The notes beneath the pieces were generated by a model. The model saw nothing but the letters and a program-made list of their open reading frames with translations, ran no database searches and had not been told where the DNA came from. Shown one piece after another: positions 52,551-62,665 of a stretch of DNA of 64,000 bases. Both the position numbers and the translations under genes were made by a program. Every line of letters starts with the position of its first letter. Position 1 is the stretch's first letter. The DNA is from Clostridiaceae bacterium (lineage in GTDB: Bacteria; Bacillota; Clostridia; Oscillospirales; QAMX01): NCBI GenBank assembly GCA_034926225.1, contig JAYFRF010000009.1, positions 3,134 to 67,133 of the forward strand. The letters run 5' to 3'.

Positions 52551-53870
52551 TTAATAAACGAAGAATTCCACATAGACCGCGCGCACCGCGCGCTCGAAGT
52601 CGGCTTCGTCTACGCCGATGATAATGTTCATCTCCGACGACCCCTGGTCGATCATGCGGATGTTGATGTCTGCGCCTGCGATGGCGGAAAGGAGGCGGGC
52701 GGCAATACCTTTGGAACGCACCATGCCGCGTCCGACGACGGCAAGCAGCGCGATGTTGCGCACGACCTCGATGTGGTCGGGCGACGCCGCTTCCTGAATC
52801 TCCGAGAGCAGCGTATCCTCGATGCCGTCCAAAAGCTCCGCGTGCAGGACGATGCCCAGCGTGTCGATGCCCGTGGGCAGATGCTCGTAGCTGATACCAT
52901 GGCGTTCCAGTACGGATAACACCTTGCGGGTAAAGCCGACCTCCGAGTTCATCATGTCCTTCTCCAGCGTGATAACGCTGAAGCCCCGCTTACCGGCCAC
53001 GCCCGTGACTTTGCCCGTGCGGATCGGGGCGTCCGACGCCTGCACAATCCGCGTGCCGGGCTCCTCCGGTGCGTTTGTGTTGCGGATGTTGATCGGAATG
53101 CCTACCGCCCGTACCGGGAAAATCGAATCCTCGTGCAAAACAGTCGCACCCATGTATGACAACTCCCGCAGCTCCGCAAAGCTGATCGTCTCGATGATGC
53201 GCGGGTTCGTGACAAGACGCGGGTCGGCTACCGAGAAACCTGAGACATCGGTCCAGTTTTCGTATAACGCCGCACCTACGCCGCGCGCCACGATCGCACC
53301 CGATATGTCCGAGCCGCCGCGCGAAAATGTCTTAACCTTCTTGTCATACCCGCGTCCGTAAAAGCCCGGAATGACCGCGCGCGGAAAGCGGGAGGACATC
53401 TCACGGATCGCCGCATAGGTGAGATCCTCGTCAAGACGCCCCGAACGGTCGAAAAAGATCACGTTGGCCGCGTCCACAAACGGATAGCCGAGGTACGCCG
53501 CCAGCAGGATGCCGTTCAGGTACTCGCCGCGCGACGCCGCATAGTCGCGCATGCCATCCTCGCCATACGCGCGTTCAATCGCAGCAAACTCTGTCTCGAG
53601 ATCGACGCCCAGGGACAGCTCGCGGGCAATTCCTTCAAAACGCTCCCGGATTGGCGCGAACGCGGTCTCAAACGCCTCTCCACGACGCACGGCATCATAG
53701 CTCCCATATAAAAGATCGGTGACTTTGCGGTCGCCGGAATTGCGTTTGCCCGGTGCGGACGGGACGACATAACGGCGGGAGGGGTCCGCCTTGATGATCG
53801 CGGCGACCTTTTGAAATTGCGCGGCGTCGGCAAGTGAGCTTCCGCCAAATTTGACTACAGTTACAGACAT
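52551..53870 (-). CDS. Aspartate kinase
   Basis: VVKFGGSSLADAAQF...VVPSAPGK..., with C-terminal ACT-like repeats. Confidence 0.9.
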   Translation of the reverse strand: MSVTVVKFGGSSLADAAQFQKVAAIIKADPSRRYVVPSAPGKRNSGDRKVTDLLYGSYDAVRRGEAFETAFAPIRERFEGIARELSLGVDLETEFAAIERAYGEDGMRDYAASRGEYLNGILLAAYLGYPFVDAANVIFFDRSGRLDEDLTYAAIREMSSRFPRAVIPGFYGRGYDKKVKTFSRGGSDISGAIVARGVGAALYENWTDVSGFSVADPRLVTNPRIIETISFAELRELSYMGATVLHEDSIFPVRAVGIPINIRNTNAPEEPGTRIVQASDAPIRTGKVTGVAGKRGFSVITLEKDMMNSEVGFTRKVLSVLERHGISYEHLPTGIDTLGIVLHAELLDGIEDTLLSEIQEAASPDHIEVVRNIALLAVVGRGMVRSKGIAARLLSAIAGADINIRMIDQGSSEMNIIIGVDEADFERAVRAVYVEFFVY

Positions 53871-54116
53871 GTAAAAAACGACTCCTTTGACCGAATAGAA
53901 TTATTATAATGTATGCGCAAAGCCTTTGCAAGGTACATTTCGCTTAAGCTTTCATAACCGCAGACTTTTTTATTATAACGAATGCACTACAAAAACACTT
54001 AAAACTGCGCCGAAGTAGATAGAGAGGTTCCTTATCGCCGCCTTTATGACGCGAATTTAGGAATTTCGGCGAATCTTTCCGGACGGCGCCCTCTCGTTTT
54101 CGTGAATTTTTGGTTG

Positions 54117-54145
54117 TTGACATCTTGCAGTTTTCAGCGTATACT
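54117..54145 (+). promoter_or_regulatory. Sigma-70-like promoter of the T-box leader
   Basis: TTGACA (54117-54122), 17 nt, TATACT (54140-54145). Confidence 0.65.
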
Positions 54146-54151
54146 AAGAAT

Positions 54152-54467
54152 AGTTTCATAAGGTAAACCGTTGAGACGGGCGAGTACGCAAAAAGACTCC
54201 CTTTGCAGAGAGCCGCCGGTGATGAAAAGGCGGTATCGGAGATTTTGCCGAATGGACCGTGGAGGGCGAGCCGAAAACATCGCATGTGTGCGTATCGTAC
54301 ACGTATGATGTGAGTATGCTTCGACGGGGATTCCCACGTTACGGGAAGGCCGCATGGTAGTGCGGAGTAAGTGGACGGCAATATCGCCGTCAATTCGGGT
54401 GGCACCGCAGAAGCGTTTGTAAGCTTTTGTCCCGGAAAATGATTTTTCCGAGGATGAAGGCTTTTTT
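54152..54467 (+). promoter_or_regulatory. T-box riboswitch leader with Trp (UGG) specifier
   Basis: Stem I has the GAGTA and AGAGAG elements. The specifier context is GAA-TGG-A, with TGG at 54253-54255. The T-box sequence AATTCGGGTGGCACCGC lies at 54392-54408. A terminator helix at 54421-54463 (about 19 bp, one bulge) is followed by TTTTTT. Confidence 0.8.
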
Positions 54468-54539
54468 CATACTCTTCTTCCCGGAAGAACGCGGAATCCT
54501 ACCAGCTTCCGCACATTTTTGAAAGGAGAGACTCTTACT

Positions 54540-55925
54540 ATGAAAACCGCCGCCGACGTAAACATCCCCTACAAGATCTATCTGTCCGAAAACGAACTTC
54601 CCCATGCGTGGTACAACGTCCGCGCCGATATGAAGAATAAACCCGCGCCGCTTCTGCACCCCGGAACCTTGCAGCCTATGGGCTACGATGATCTCCGCCC
54701 CGTCTTCTGCGACGAGCTCGTGCGTCAGGAGCTGGACGACACCACCCCGTATATCGATATCCCCACGGAAATCCGCGACTTTTATAAGATGTACCGCCCG
54801 TCCCCCCTCGTCCGCGCCTACTGCCTCGAGGAAAAGCTCGGTACCCCGGCGAAAATCTACTATAAGTTTGAAGGCAACAATACCTCCGGCAGCCATAAGC
54901 TGAACTCCGCGATCGCGCAAGCGTATTATGCTAAAAAACAAGGCCTGAAAGGCGTCACCACCGAGACCGGAGCCGGTCAGTGGGGTACCGCGTTGTCTAT
55001 GGCTTGTGCATACCTCGGCCTTGAATGTCGGGTCTATATGGTGAAATGCTCCTACGAGCAGAAGCCCTTCCGCCGCGAGGTGATGCGTACCTACGGCGCG
55101 TCCGTGACCCCCAGCCCCTCCGAAACCACCGCCATAGGCCGTAAAATCCTTGCCGAGCATCCCGGCACCACCGGCTCTCTCGGCTGCGCCATCTCCGAGG
55201 CCGTCGAGGTCGCCACGACAACTCCCGGCTTCCGCTATGTCCTCGGCAGCGTCCTCAATCAGGTGCTCCTGCATCAGTCTGTGATCGGTCTGGAAGCCAA
55301 AGCCGCCTTCGACAAAGTCGGCGTGCGCCCCGACGTGATCATCGGCTGCGCCGGCGGCGGCTCCAACCTCGGCGGCCTGATCGCTCCCTTCATGCGCGAA
55401 AAACTGCACGGGGAAGCCGACTACCGCATCATCGCCGTCGAACCCGCCTCCTGCCCCAGCTTTACCCGCGGCAGGTTTGCCTATGACTTCTGCGATACCG
55501 GTATGGTTACTCCGCTTGCGAAAATGTATACGCTCGGTTCCGGCTTCATTCCCTCCGCCAACCACGCCGGCGGGCTCCGCTACCACGGCATGAGCTCCAC
55601 CCTCTCCCAGCTCTACCACGACGGTCTCATGGAAGCGTGTTCCGTCGAGCAGACCTCCGTCTTCGAAGCCGCCGAAACCTTCGCCCGTGTCGAAGGCATC
55701 CTCCCTGCGCCCGAGTCCAGCCACGCCATCCGCGTCGCGATGGACGAGGCCATCCGCTGCCGTGAAACCGGCGAGGAAAAAACCATCCTCTTTGGACTCA
55801 CCGGCACCGGCTACTTCGATATGGTCGCCTACCAGAAGTACAACGACGGCGTCATGTCGGATACGATCCCCACGGACGACGATCTGGCGGTTGGTTTTGC
55901 GGGTCTGCCGAGCGTGAACGGCTAA
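54540..55925 (+). CDS. trpB: TrpB2-type tryptophan synthase beta-like PLP enzyme
   Basis: YKFEGNNTSGSHKLNSAIAQAYYAKKQGLKGVTTETGAGQWGTALSMA.... The start was refined to the ATG at 54540, after GAAAGGAGAG. Confidence 0.85.
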   Translation: MKTAADVNIPYKIYLSENELPHAWYNVRADMKNKPAPLLHPGTLQPMGYDDLRPVFCDELVRQELDDTTPYIDIPTEIRDFYKMYRPSPLVRAYCLEEKLGTPAKIYYKFEGNNTSGSHKLNSAIAQAYYAKKQGLKGVTTETGAGQWGTALSMACAYLGLECRVYMVKCSYEQKPFRREVMRTYGASVTPSPSETTAIGRKILAEHPGTTGSLGCAISEAVEVATTTPGFRYVLGSVLNQVLLHQSVIGLEAKAAFDKVGVRPDVIIGCAGGGSNLGGLIAPFMREKLHGEADYRIIAVEPASCPSFTRGRFAYDFCDTGMVTPLAKMYTLGSGFIPSANHAGGLRYHGMSSTLSQLYHDGLMEACSVEQTSVFEAAETFARVEGILPAPESSHAIRVAMDEAIRCRETGEEKTILFGLTGTGYFDMVAYQKYNDGVMSDTIPTDDDLAVGFAGLPSVNG

Positions 55926-56015
55926 AACGCAAAAAAACAGGACAATTTGCGCGGGAAACAGGAAATCCTTTCGATTCCGCCGAATGTCTCTTGCATTTAA
56001 ACACACAATGCGGTA

Positions 56016-56055
56016 GAATAGGAATGCGATTTTTATCGCATTCCTATTCTTTTGC
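56016..56055 (+). terminator. Rho-independent terminator after trpB2
   Basis: AGAATAGGAATGCGAT, a 4-nt loop, ATCGCATTCCTATTCT, followed by TTTG. Confidence 0.7.
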
Positions 56056-56076
56056 TTAACTTAAGGAGATTTGCAC

Positions 56077-57465
56077 ATGAAGCTCTGGGGCGGACGGTTC
56101 TCCCGTGAAACGGATAAGACCGCAAACGATTTCCAGGCATCGATCGGATTCGATCAGCGCCTGTACCGTGAGGATATTGAAGGCAGTATCGCCCATGCGA
56201 CCATGCTCGCGCGGCAGGGGATTATCACGCATGACGACGAAAAGCAGATCGTCGAGGGACTCCACGGGATCCTTGCCGATATCGAAGCCGGGAAGCTCGA
56301 GTTCTCCGAGGATAACGAGGACATTCATATGAACATCGAGACCTTCCTGACCGCGCGTATCGGCAGCGCCGGGAAAAGGCTCCATACCGCGCGCTCCAGA
56401 AATGATCAGGTCGCTCTCGATATGCGCCTGTATACCCGCCGTGAAATAGGGGAGATCGAATCCCTCGTCGCGGATGCCCTCGAGGCGCTTTTGTCTCAAG
56501 CGCGTGCACACACCGCCAGCGTAATGCCCGCCTATACCCACCTGCAGCGCGCGCAGCCCGTGACGTTTGCCCATTATATGCTCGCCTGGGCCCAGATGCT
56601 CCGCCGCGACTATACCCGGCTTAGCGACTGCCGCGAACGCATGAACGAATGCCCCCTGGGCGCCGGTGCTTGCGCTTCGACGACCTACCCGCTCGACCGG
56701 GCGTTCGTGGCCGAAGCCCTCGGCTTTGACCGACCAACCGAAAACTCCATCGATTCCGTCTCCGACCGCGATTATCTGATTGAGCTCTGCTCCGCTTTGT
56801 CCATATTGATGATGCACCTTTCCCGTATGTGCGAGGAGCTTTGCCTATGGTGCTCGTGGGAGTTCCGCTTCGTCGAGATGGACGAGGCCTACTCCACCGG
56901 CTCCTCCATCATGCCCCAGAAGAAGAACCCCGACATGGCCGAGCTGATCCGTGGAAAGACCGGCCGCGTCTACGGCGACCTTATCGGCCTGCTTACCGTC
57001 ATGAAAGCGCTCCCGCTTGCCTACAACAAGGACATGCAGGAGGACAAGGAAGCCGCCTTCGATGCGATGGATACCGCGAAAAACTGTCTTCGGGTCTTTG
57101 CGCCGATGGTCCGCACCATGCGTATCCGCACCGACCGTCTCCGCGCGGCGGCAGGGGAGGGCTTTATCAACGCCACCGACGCCGCCGACTACCTTGTCCG
57201 CCGCGGCATCCCCTTCCGCGACGCCTATACCGCCGTCGGCAAGCTTGTCGCGGCCTGCGTCGACGCCGGCACCACCCTCGAAAAGCTCCCGCTTCGGACC
57301 CTGCAAAGCATCCATCCCGCCTTCGGCCCCGACGTTTACGAGGCCATCTCCCTCGACGCCTGTGTCAACGGCCGCAAAGTTCCCGGCGGCCCCGCCGAGG
57401 AAAGCGTCCGCACGCAGATCGCCGGGCTGGAAGCCTTTTTGAAGGAAGCCGCGACGGACGCTTAA
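56077..57465 (+). CDS. argH: Argininosuccinate lyase
   Basis: MKLWGGRFS...DIEGSIAHATMLARQGII..., SRNDQV, and GSSIMPQKKNPD signatures. The ATG at 56077 follows AAGGAG. Confidence 0.95.
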   Translation: MKLWGGRFSRETDKTANDFQASIGFDQRLYREDIEGSIAHATMLARQGIITHDDEKQIVEGLHGILADIEAGKLEFSEDNEDIHMNIETFLTARIGSAGKRLHTARSRNDQVALDMRLYTRREIGEIESLVADALEALLSQARAHTASVMPAYTHLQRAQPVTFAHYMLAWAQMLRRDYTRLSDCRERMNECPLGAGACASTTYPLDRAFVAEALGFDRPTENSIDSVSDRDYLIELCSALSILMMHLSRMCEELCLWCSWEFRFVEMDEAYSTGSSIMPQKKNPDMAELIRGKTGRVYGDLIGLLTVMKALPLAYNKDMQEDKEAAFDAMDTAKNCLRVFAPMVRTMRIRTDRLRAAAGEGFINATDAADYLVRRGIPFRDAYTAVGKLVAACVDAGTTLEKLPLRTLQSIHPAFGPDVYEAISLDACVNGRKVPGGPAEESVRTQIAGLEAFLKEAATDA

Positions 57466-57501
57466 ATCATTAGCCCTTAATACAAAGGAGGTCTTATTCA
57501 T

Positions 57502-58314
57502 ATGGTGGATTTTGCACAGAAACTCGAGTTCTTCCGCACAAATCCAGTTACCGACTGGCATGAGCACGTCGCGATCGGCGCGGTATCCGGTGGGGAAACC
57601 GATGAACGGCTTGAAAAGCTCATCCGCGACATGGCGGTCTGCGGCATCGACCGCGTCGTCATCTCTCGTCCCATCACGGGGGGGACGCACGCGCTGCCGG
57701 AGGAAATTGCGCGTGCGAACGATACCGTTGGCTACACCGTGGAGAGGTACCCCGGGAAAATCTGGGGGCTTGCCTACACCGATGCCATACACGGCAGGTA
57801 CGCCGTCGACGAAATCGACCGCTGCCGCAGGAGCTTCGGCGCGATCGGCGTAAAGCTCTACAACCAGTTCACGATGGACAACGATATCCAGAATCCCATC
57901 ATCGAATACTGCATCGAACACGATATGTTCATCCTGATGCACGCCGCGCACCTGACGCAGCGTCCGTGGGAGCAGGCTTACCTTTCCGGCAGCGACCATA
58001 TCTGCGCCGCCGCGAAAAAGTACCCCGCCGCGACGTTCCTCATGGCGCATATCGGCGGCGGCGGCGACTGGAGCTGGCAGCTGAGAGGGCTTGAGGACTG
58101 CCCCAACGTGTTCTGCGATATCTCCGGTTCCGTTCACGATGCCGGCATGATCGAAGGACTTGTCCGCGCGATGGGCACCGAGCGGATCCTCTTCGGTACC
58201 GACGGCTCCTTCTCATCGAGTGTCGGCAAGCTCCTGGGCGCCCGCATTTCCGATGCCGAGAAGCTGGAAATCATGGAAAATACCGCCTTCAAACGGTATT
58301 TGGAGAGGAGATAA
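57502..58314 (+). CDS. Amidohydrolase-family (TIM-barrel metal-dependent hydrolase) protein
   Basis: DWHEHV...MHAAH...HIGGGGDW...LFGTD pattern. Confidence 0.7.
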   Translation: MVDFAQKLEFFRTNPVTDWHEHVAIGAVSGGETDERLEKLIRDMAVCGIDRVVISRPITGGTHALPEEIARANDTVGYTVERYPGKIWGLAYTDAIHGRYAVDEIDRCRRSFGAIGVKLYNQFTMDNDIQNPIIEYCIEHDMFILMHAAHLTQRPWEQAYLSGSDHICAAAKKYPAATFLMAHIGGGGDWSWQLRGLEDCPNVFCDISGSVHDAGMIEGLVRAMGTERILFGTDGSFSSSVGKLLGARISDAEKLEIMENTAFKRYLERR

Positions 58315-58320
58315 GGCCGT

Positions 58321-59118
58321 ATGAGAGAATATATCGACGCCTGCGCCTATATCGGGGCGTATCCGTTTCGCAAGGTGGAGCATACCTCCGCGCGTGACCT
58401 CGTCGCCGCGATGGACGAGTACGGCATCACGCAGGCGATCGTCTCGTCCCTGCCCGCGATCTACTACCGCGACGTCCGCGACGGCAACCTCGAGCTGATG
58501 AGCGAAATCGCACCCTTCCGCGGCCGCCTCATCCCCGCCGCGACAGGCAATCCCGTCTATAACTGCGCGATGGAAGATCTCGAGCGTTATGCGGGGGAAT
58601 TCGGCTGCCGCGAGGTCCGTCTTTTCCCCCGTCAGCACGGCTATCAGCTGACCGATGAGAAGGCTGTCCGCTATCTCCGGCGTGCCGCCGAGCTGTCCGT
58701 CGCCGTCGCGCTGCCCCTCTACGTTGAGGACCCGCGCCAGAGACATGTCCTTGACATCCTGGACCCCGTCGGCGCGGCAGAAATCCGCGACGCCGCCGTC
58801 CTCGCGCCGGAGACCGATTTCGTCCTCCACAACGCCGGCAATCTCGGATACGCGCATACGCTTGCGCCTGTCGCCGCGTCCCGTACCGGTGCGTTTTACT
58901 ACGATTTCGGCCGTACGGATTGCCTCTACTCTGGCAGTCTGCAGCAGATGATCGCGCTCGCGGGTGAGGATCATATCCTCTTTGCCACGTCGCAGCCGTT
59001 GCAGTATCCCGACCCGGCGTTTGTCAAAATGGCGTTCCTGCCGGAAAAGGCGGGGCTTCAGGAAGCGACGCTCGAGCTGATCGCGTCCGGCAACGCCCGA
59101 CGGTTGTTCGCACTCTAA
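58321..59118 (+). CDS. Amidohydrolase-related protein (paralogous neighbour)
   Basis: IDACAYIGAYPFRK... at a size and position adjacent to 57502-58314. The metal ligands are less clear. Confidence 0.55.
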   Translation: MREYIDACAYIGAYPFRKVEHTSARDLVAAMDEYGITQAIVSSLPAIYYRDVRDGNLELMSEIAPFRGRLIPAATGNPVYNCAMEDLERYAGEFGCREVRLFPRQHGYQLTDEKAVRYLRRAAELSVAVALPLYVEDPRQRHVLDILDPVGAAEIRDAAVLAPETDFVLHNAGNLGYAHTLAPVAASRTGAFYYDFGRTDCLYSGSLQQMIALAGEDHILFATSQPLQYPDPAFVKMAFLPEKAGLQEATLELIASGNARRLFAL

Positions 59119-59171
59119 AAAACATAGAAACTTAGCGCGGGAGGATGCTTTCCGCCCGCGCCTGCTATTTT

Positions 59172-59591
59172 TTATAGATGTGTCCGAATCTTTTCGATCA
59201 TCGCTTCCAGCTCCGCGTCGGGAATCAGGATCTGATCCTCCGGCGGCGGCAGCATCTCGAAAAGCTTGCCCCATGTATAGCCGTTTTTGATTTTCGGGAC
59301 GATGTGCATGTGGAAATGCCGGTTTCCGTCGCCGCAGATGCCGTAATTAAGCTTGTCACACGGGAACGCAAGCGTGATCGCACGCGCGACGCGCGCCACG
59401 TCGTCGGAAAACCCCGCCCGCTCCTCCGGCGTCAGCTCAAACCACTCCTCCGCATGCCGCTTTAACGTCACGATGCAGCGCCCGGGGTAGTATTTCTGGT
59501 ATCCCGCCATGTATGCGTACGAAACCGACAGCTCTTTGATCAATTTCATGTATTTTTTGTACTCATCGCCGCAGTAATAGCATTCGCTCAT
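59172..59591 (-). CDS. HIT-family (histidine triad) protein
   Basis: NRHFHMHIVPK histidine-triad motif. Confidence 0.85.
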   Translation of the reverse strand: MSECYYCGDEYKKYMKLIKELSVSYAYMAGYQKYYPGRCIVTLKRHAEEWFELTPEERAGFSDDVARVARAITLAFPCDKLNYGICGDGNRHFHMHIVPKIKNGYTWGKLFEMLPPPEDQILIPDAELEAMIEKIRTHL

Positions 59592-59687
59592 TTTAACCTA
59601 CCGACCTTTCATACCGTATTGCAGGTTTATTATACCACAGTTCGCCGGAAACGCAAGCGTTTTTGGCCTAATTAGGAGGTAACCGTC

Positions 59688-62390
59688 ATGCAGCGAGCCG
59701 TCAAGCGTGACCCGTTTTTCGCCGATCAGCCGCCGCTTTCCTTCCTTGACGACCTGAAATCCCCCGTCCACGCCGAAAAACCCGCCGGCTTCGGGACCCG
59801 CTCTATCGCCCCCGGAGAGGCCGACGTGTCCGGTCTGTATCTCGATTCCGGTTTCCCCGATCCTAAAGGCTTGCTGGAAACCATCTACGACGATTTCACG
59901 AAGTTCCTGCTCGTCACCGACGTCTTCGGCATGCGGATTCCTGTCCGTATCGAGATGGCCCAAACCCCCGTCTTTGAAGCCTACCGCGTGACCGTAACGG
60001 ACGACGCCGTGACCGTCGAAACCGCCGATACCGAGGGGGCGCGGCGTGCGCTGATCTGGATTGAGGATGAGCTGAAACGCCGCGAAGGGGCGTTTTTGCC
60101 GTACGGCACCATAGAACGCACCCCGCACATCCATGCGCGCATCACCCGTTGCTTTTTCTCGCCGATCAACCGCCCGCCCAAATACGGCGACGAGTTGTCT
60201 GACGATATCGATTACTATCCCGACGAGTACCTAAACCGCATTATGCACGACGGCGCGAACGGTGTATGGATCTACACCCGCTTCTCCGATCTCGTCGAGT
60301 CCTCCTACCTCACCCACTACGGCAAAGGCCGCGAGCCCCGCATCGAGAAGCTGAACCGCGTCATAGAAAAGTGCGCCCGCTACGGCATCGGCGTCTATGT
60401 CTTCGCGATCGAACCCGTGGCCCTCACCGCCGAGGAAGCGGAAAAGTATCCAGAGGCCGCCGGCGCGCATAGTGGCTGGGACGGCCGCCGTACCTTCTGC
60501 ACTAACACCGAATTCGGCAAAGCCTTCTGCGAGGAGGCCGGACGCCGCCTGTTCGAATCCGCGCCGGGACTTGCGGGCTATATCAGCATCACCTACGGCG
60601 AACGCACGACCTCCTGCTCGTCAGCCTACCGTCACTGCGACTGTCCCCGCTGTAAGGACATCGCGCCCGGACAGGTCCTCGCACAGGCCGTAGACGCCCT
60701 CACGGCCGGGATGAAGGCGGCATCGCCCTCCGCGACGCTCGTCAGCTGGACCTACGGGCACCGCCTCTGGAGCTTTGACGATATCCGTGAGTACGTCCGG
60801 AATGCGCCGGGCGGCGTCGCGCTGATGCAGAACTTCGATGATATGGGTTACGAGGATCAGCTCGGCCGTATGCGCCTTGCCGTCGACTACTGGCTCTCCT
60901 ATGTAGGCCCCTCCGAGCTGTTCCGCATCACCGCCGAGGAAGCCAAGGCCGCCGGGAAAACATGTTTTGCCAAAATGCAGGTCTGCTGCTCCCATGAGGT
61001 CGCGAGTGTCCCGTATGTGCCCGTCCCGGGTATTATTTATAAGAAGTACAAGGCGGCGCACGAGCTCGGCGTGACCGGCGTTATGCAGTGCTGGTACTTC
61101 GGCAACTACCCTTGCCTGATGTCCAAAGCCGCAGGCGAGCTTGCCTTCGAGGACTTCTCCCGCGGTGAGGATGCTTTCCTTGCCGATCTAGCCGCCATCT
61201 ACTGGGGCCGCTCCCGCGCCGCGGTTGTGGTGAACGCATGGCGCTACTTCGAACGCGCCTACCGTAATTACCCGATGAACGTCATGTTCTCCTACTACGG
61301 CCCCATGCACGACAGCGTTGTCTGGGAGCTGCAGCTCCTGCCCAAAAACTTCTCCCTGCCGCGCACCTGGCAGACACTCGACCCCATCGACGGCGACCGC
61401 ATCGCCGAAAGCCTCTTAAATGGCCATACGCTCGCCGAAGCCATCACCCTCACCGGCCGCATGGTCACCTTCTGGAACGCAGGGCTCCGTGAGATGAACG
61501 CGCTTTCCGATCTCGACGCCGAACGCCGCGGTCAGCTCAGCGTCGCCGCCGCTCTCGGCATCCTGTTCTCCGGCGGACACGATATCCTTGAGTTTTATCA
61601 ATACCGCGACTTCCTCGGCAGAGGCCAGAAGCCCAATGAGTACCTCGACGCGATGCGCGCGATCGTCGGCCGCGCTATCCGTCAAAGCGAAGCTATGACC
61701 GTCCTCTGCGAAGCCGACGGCAGGCTCGGCTACCACTCCGAGGGAGAGGGCTATAAATTCTTCCCCAAAAAGCTCAGATCTAGGATCGATCAGCTTAAAA
61801 ACCTTCTCGAGACCGAGTTTACCGAGGTGCAGCGCCGCATCGACGAGGGGAAAGCGCCCCTATCTTACTACGAAGGCGTCGAACCCGACGTCCGGCACTA
61901 TCAAATGAGTAAAACGGGCATCGCGAGCGCCCCGTGGGAGCCGCTCTCCGACGGGAAGTCCGCTTTCCGCGTGGCTTACGACGATCAGGCTATGACAATC
62001 GAGCTTTCCTCCCCCGAATCCTGCAATTTCATTCTGACGCCTGAGTTTCGGCTCCTCTGGCCGGATGCAAGCGCCGTCATCGCGCCGGACGCCACGGTCA
62101 CCCTCGAGGGTAACGCTTTTCTCTATTTCTCCCTCTTCGGCGAACGTGAAAAACAAAACCGCGAACGCTGGCATACCGAGACGCTTCCCGGCGACGGCAC
62201 GCAGCTGCGCGTGACCCTCGAACGCCGTGACATCGAATGGGACGGCAAGCTCCCCATGAAGCTCCGCGTCGCGCTGGATAACCGCGACAATAATGGCCGG
62301 GGCGCTCTCTGGTGCGTTGAGACTGACCCGGTGGTCACCCTCGGTAAGAGCTACGTTTCCCCCTGTGAGTTCGGCTGGCTCATGCCTTAA
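59688..62390 (+). CDS. Large hypothetical protein, possibly carbohydrate-active (no family assigned)
   Basis: A 900-aa ORF next to a sugar-type ABC binding protein. It has a Cys cluster CSSAYRHCDCPRC. I recognised no diagnostic motif. Confidence 0.5.
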   Translation: MQRAVKRDPFFADQPPLSFLDDLKSPVHAEKPAGFGTRSIAPGEADVSGLYLDSGFPDPKGLLETIYDDFTKFLLVTDVFGMRIPVRIEMAQTPVFEAYRVTVTDDAVTVETADTEGARRALIWIEDELKRREGAFLPYGTIERTPHIHARITRCFFSPINRPPKYGDELSDDIDYYPDEYLNRIMHDGANGVWIYTRFSDLVESSYLTHYGKGREPRIEKLNRVIEKCARYGIGVYVFAIEPVALTAEEAEKYPEAAGAHSGWDGRRTFCTNTEFGKAFCEEAGRRLFESAPGLAGYISITYGERTTSCSSAYRHCDCPRCKDIAPGQVLAQAVDALTAGMKAASPSATLVSWTYGHRLWSFDDIREYVRNAPGGVALMQNFDDMGYEDQLGRMRLAVDYWLSYVGPSELFRITAEEAKAAGKTCFAKMQVCCSHEVASVPYVPVPGIIYKKYKAAHELGVTGVMQCWYFGNYPCLMSKAAGELAFEDFSRGEDAFLADLAAIYWGRSRAAVVVNAWRYFERAYRNYPMNVMFSYYGPMHDSVVWELQLLPKNFSLPRTWQTLDPIDGDRIAESLLNGHTLAEAITLTGRMVTFWNAGLREMNALSDLDAERRGQLSVAAALGILFSGGHDILEFYQYRDFLGRGQKPNEYLDAMRAIVGRAIRQSEAMTVLCEADGRLGYHSEGEGYKFFPKKLRSRIDQLKNLLETEFTEVQRRIDEGKAPLSYYEGVEPDVRHYQMSKTGIASAPWEPLSDGKSAFRVAYDDQAMTIELSSPESCNFILTPEFRLLWPDASAVIAPDATVTLEGNAFLYFSLFGEREKQNRERWHTETLPGDGTQLRVTLERRDIEWDGKLPMKLRVALDNRDNNGRGALWCVETDPVVTLGKSYVSPCEFGWLMP

Positions 62391-62413
62391 CGAAATTTTA
62401 ATACAATAGTAAC

Positions 62414-62456
62414 GATAGCCCCGATCCCGACAGAACGTCGGGATCGGGGCTATTTT
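62414..62456 (+). terminator. Rho-independent terminator after 59688-62390
   Basis: A 17-bp perfect stem ATAGCCCCGATCCCGAC / GTCGGGATCGGGGCTAT with a 5-nt loop, followed by TTTCG. Confidence 0.7.
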
Positions 62457-62665
62457 CGATATTTAACGAAAATATATGAAGGATACTCATAAATTTAATT
62501 AATGGAGCTAACAGTATATTTAATATAGACAAAAGAAACTGTGTTTAAAAAGTAAAATTTCATAGAAACCTCAAAAAAACTATTGAAAAACTGAAAAAGC
62601 TGTTATATACTAATTATAAAAAGTGCGTTATATACAGATGCACTTTTAACGAAAGGAGAAGCATC

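Noticed and set aside
53871-54116. A lysine (L-box) riboswitch upstream of the aspartate kinase gene.
   Set aside because: The minus-strand leader contains GAGAGGGCGCC and GCCGAAA-like pieces. However, it is too short and lacks the other conserved L-box helices and motifs I remember. The support is insufficient without a covariance-model scan.
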